A DNA stretch of 37,908 bases, taken from the NCBI RefSeq assembly GCF_001194135.2, contig NC_068987.1, forward strand, positions 32,631,794 to 32,669,701. The letters run 5' to 3'. The stretch comes from Octopus bimaculoides (taxonomy: Eukaryota). Position 1 is the first letter of the stretch. Each line of letters begins with the position of its first letter. The position numbers and the translations under genes are program-made. This document shows positions 35,420 through 37,908 of the stretch, in pieces. Under the pieces are notes generated by a model. The model saw only the letters and a program-made list of their open reading frames with translations. It ran no database searches and was not told the DNA's origin.

Positions 35420-36650
35420 TTGGGTCATCCCATAAATAACGCTATTTTTTTTTTTATACTTCTTTGATTTTTCAAAATTAAGATAAACAAAATTCGATTT
35501 TAATCTAAAATATACTCTCCTTCATTTTCTGCAATACTTTTCCATCTATCTGGTTTATTTGCAAGGTCCCTCGTTCAAAATTCACCCGTCTGTGATGAAA
35601 AATATTCCTCCAATACTGTTAAGACCTCATCTACAGAATTCATATTTTCTCTGTCCAAATGCTTTTGAAGACTGCAGAATAAATGATAGTCAGATGGGGC
35701 AATGGTCGGCAGATAAGGTGGGTAGAGCATCGTTTCCCATTCAAACTGCTCCAGCCTTTGGAATGTCATCCTCGCTGTATGTGGCCGAGTCTTATCCTGA
35801 TAGAAGAACACCTTTCGTATTGAAACCAAAGATGATCGTTTTCTTTCTAGCGCTGAATTAAGCCGCTCAAACCGCTCGCAGTAGATTTCCTTTTCTATCG
35901 TTTGGTTTGGGTTTAAAAGTTCAAAGAGGACTAAACATTTCATACCCCACCAAACAGATAAGAAAACCTTAAATGGGTGAAAACCTTCTTTAGCCTGAGG
36001 TGCCGGTATTTCTCCTTTCCCTACCGAATGTCCTCGGCGCTTGTCATTTTTATAGAGAACCGATTTGTCGTCACCAGTCACTATTCTGTGGAAAACGCTT
36101 CATTCGTGAGACGCGACAGCAAAGAAGAGCACACATTCACTCTCTGCGCGCGATTAGACTCTGAAAGTTTGCGAAGTACACATTGATCCAATTTGCTAAC
36201 GTTTCCAATGGTATGCAGGTGTCGATGAATGGTCGAATGATGGGATTGTGTTCCACTAGGTTTTGCAGGACGTCCTTATCGAGCTCTACAGATCATCCAG
36301 GACGAGGCTCGTCTTCCAGCCTGTAGTTTCCGGCACAGAATTTCTGGAACCCCTGTTGACACTGGCTTACGCTCATTGTCCGATCCTCATATACTACATT
36401 ATTATTCCTACCACTTTCCGTTGAGTTGTTTCCAATATTAAACTCATAAAGCAATATATGTCGAATATGGTCCTTTGTCACTAACAGCTTTAAAAAAAGA
36501 ACTGCTGAAATCGAACTGCACTCTTGAAAATCTGCATTAATAATGACAAGGTAAAATTACAACCTGCTTTTTTTAGCAAATTTATCTCGTCTCCCTCCGA
36601 CCTTTACTTCATGCTATTGAGAAAACAACATTATTTATGGGATGACCCAA
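35420..36650 (-). mobile_element. Full-length decayed mariner (DD34D) transposon, 1231 bp
   Basis: Perfect 20-bp TIRs TTGGGTCATCCCATAAATAA (35420-35439 / 36631-36650), with TA on the right flank and a mutated left flank. HTH fragment HIRHILLYEFN...LEDEPRPG and catalytic fragment TGDD...WW...QDKTRPH...PPYLPTIAPSDYHLF. Confidence 0.95.
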
Positions 36651-36770
36651 TAGTTACAGCTGTTTCGAAATTCATGGCCATTTGAGACGCCTTTTCAGCT
36701 AATCGTTTTATGGGTGCGAAATCAATAGACAATCTCTGACCGGCTACAAGGACCAACCTTCTTCTACATA

Positions 36771-36905
36771 TGACCCAGTGGTTAATAAATTGCACGGAAG
36801 ATCGCAAGATCGTAGTTTTGATTCCTAGACCGGGTGGTGCATTGTATTCTTGTGCAAAGGGTAAAACACTTCATCTCAAGTTGCTCTGCGATCACTTCTA
36901 CAGCT
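36771..36905 (+). mobile_element. Degenerate family 3-related SINE head
   Basis: ATATGACCCAGTGGTTAA...GATCGTAGTTTTGATTCCTAGACCGGG parallels the head at 8871. Confidence 0.65.
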
Positions 36906-37128
36906 GACGCATGGCGCCAGTTCAGAGAGCATCAATTTGATGTACACCACAAACATTTAATCACTACAAACAAATCATATGCGCAGGTCGTTCGACAAAA
37001 CTTATTCGTCGTGTTCGACGGGAGAGTCGTTTATATGTATATGCATATTTGTATCTTTTATATATAAAACATATTGCGGCGTACGTACACTGGTGAACTT
37101 TTATTTGACTTTTTGCACATTAACAGAC

Positions 37129-37908
37129 ATGGAAAAAAAAAATTAGCAATAATGAAGCCACTGTCTTGGAGTGGGATGTTGTCCCACCCAAGCAGTCGAT
37201 TGCAGAGACAGAGAAGAGGACAGTAGTCTTGCGGACCTATTCCAGGTCACGCAACGCCATTGCCCTCTTCAATAAAGAAAAATAATGAAAGATCTGGCAA
37301 TTGTTTGCCAGCCAAAAATTATTATATTACAAGGGGAGTCAAATATGCAACGGTGTGGTTGCTATTTGACTCCCCTGAAGAGGTTGGTATAGCGGCCAGC
37401 TAACCCTTACAAGGGGAGGAAATTTTGTTCCTCCTCATTTTTGCGGGCAAAGGATCACCAGAGCCTGGGTGTGTGGATCTCTGATGCCATCCAGCGGGGC
37501 TTGGGGGACAGTGGACCCAGGCTCCTGAATGTCAGCATGACCCCTGCGGTCGACTGGGAAGGGGTTAAAGCGAATTAAAACGCTATGGACCCCAATGGTC
37601 GCAGGAGACATGCTGTTTCCAGACCTTTTGAAAATGGCCAGGTCCAGCTACCCGGTGATGCTTCAGGGACGCCTTCCCCAAGTGTCACCGGTGCGTGGAG
37701 CCTGGCCATATAAGGAAACCTGCGGAAGCCTCCACGAATAGAAAAAGAAAGATGAGCAACGGCAGTTGCTCACCAGTTAAAGAGCAGTCTGCGGGTGAAG
37801 AGGAGGGATCTCCGGGTGTGCCGGTGGAGGCCCAATCCCCGCAGACGAAAAAAGGAAAAAACGAGAAAAAAGAAAGAAACGGGAGACGGACGGTGGATGT
37901 CACTGTGC
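37129..37908 (+). pseudogene. L1/Tx1-like LINE ORF1 (gag-like, CCHC knuckle), disrupted, running off the right edge
   Basis: EKRTVVLRTYSRS..., YITRGVKYATVWLLFDSPEE and YPVMLQGRL-PKCHRCVEPGHIRK(T)C (CX2CX4HX4C at about 37683-37723), followed by a K/R-rich tail. GC content rises relative to the flanks. Confidence 0.75.

Noticed and set aside
37372-37410. CTGAAGAGG core-like motif after the ORF1 hairpin
   Set aside because: No GAAA partner; reads as ORF1 codons (PEEV).
1-37908. True tRNA genes, CRISPR arrays or prokaryotic systems
   Set aside because: tRNA-like heads all continue into SINE bodies. There are no regularly spaced repeats with unique spacers, and the sequence is clearly eukaryotic.

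Overview
Eukaryotic, very AT-rich, microsatellite-dense scaffold segment with ten N-gaps. The SINE families and (TA)n/(CA)n/trinucleotide load look like an octopus (coleoid cephalopod) genome; this is recognised from sequence style and not database-confirmed. No complete protein-coding gene is visible, and almost all long ORFs in the track are artefacts of N-runs and microsatellites. The window is mostly a transposon graveyard. It holds three Penelope-like (GIY-YIG) coding remnants plus a pLTR-like remnant, with one well-formed and two degenerate hammerhead-ribozyme motifs. It also holds two Helitrons sharing a 3' hairpin, a TIR-intact DD34D mariner, a DD37D maT element, a mariner fragment, R4/Dong-like and HERO-like RLE LINE fragments, an L1/Tx1-like ORF1 running off the right edge, and about 11 tRNA-derived SINE copies, including opposed tandem arrays. 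A few short splice-bounded open frames (best: 15469-15545 and 14842-14910, minus strand) suggest the window may be intronic to an unidentified gene. The most notable signal is the hammerhead plus GIY-YIG unit with no detectable RT at about 25.8-26.9 kb.
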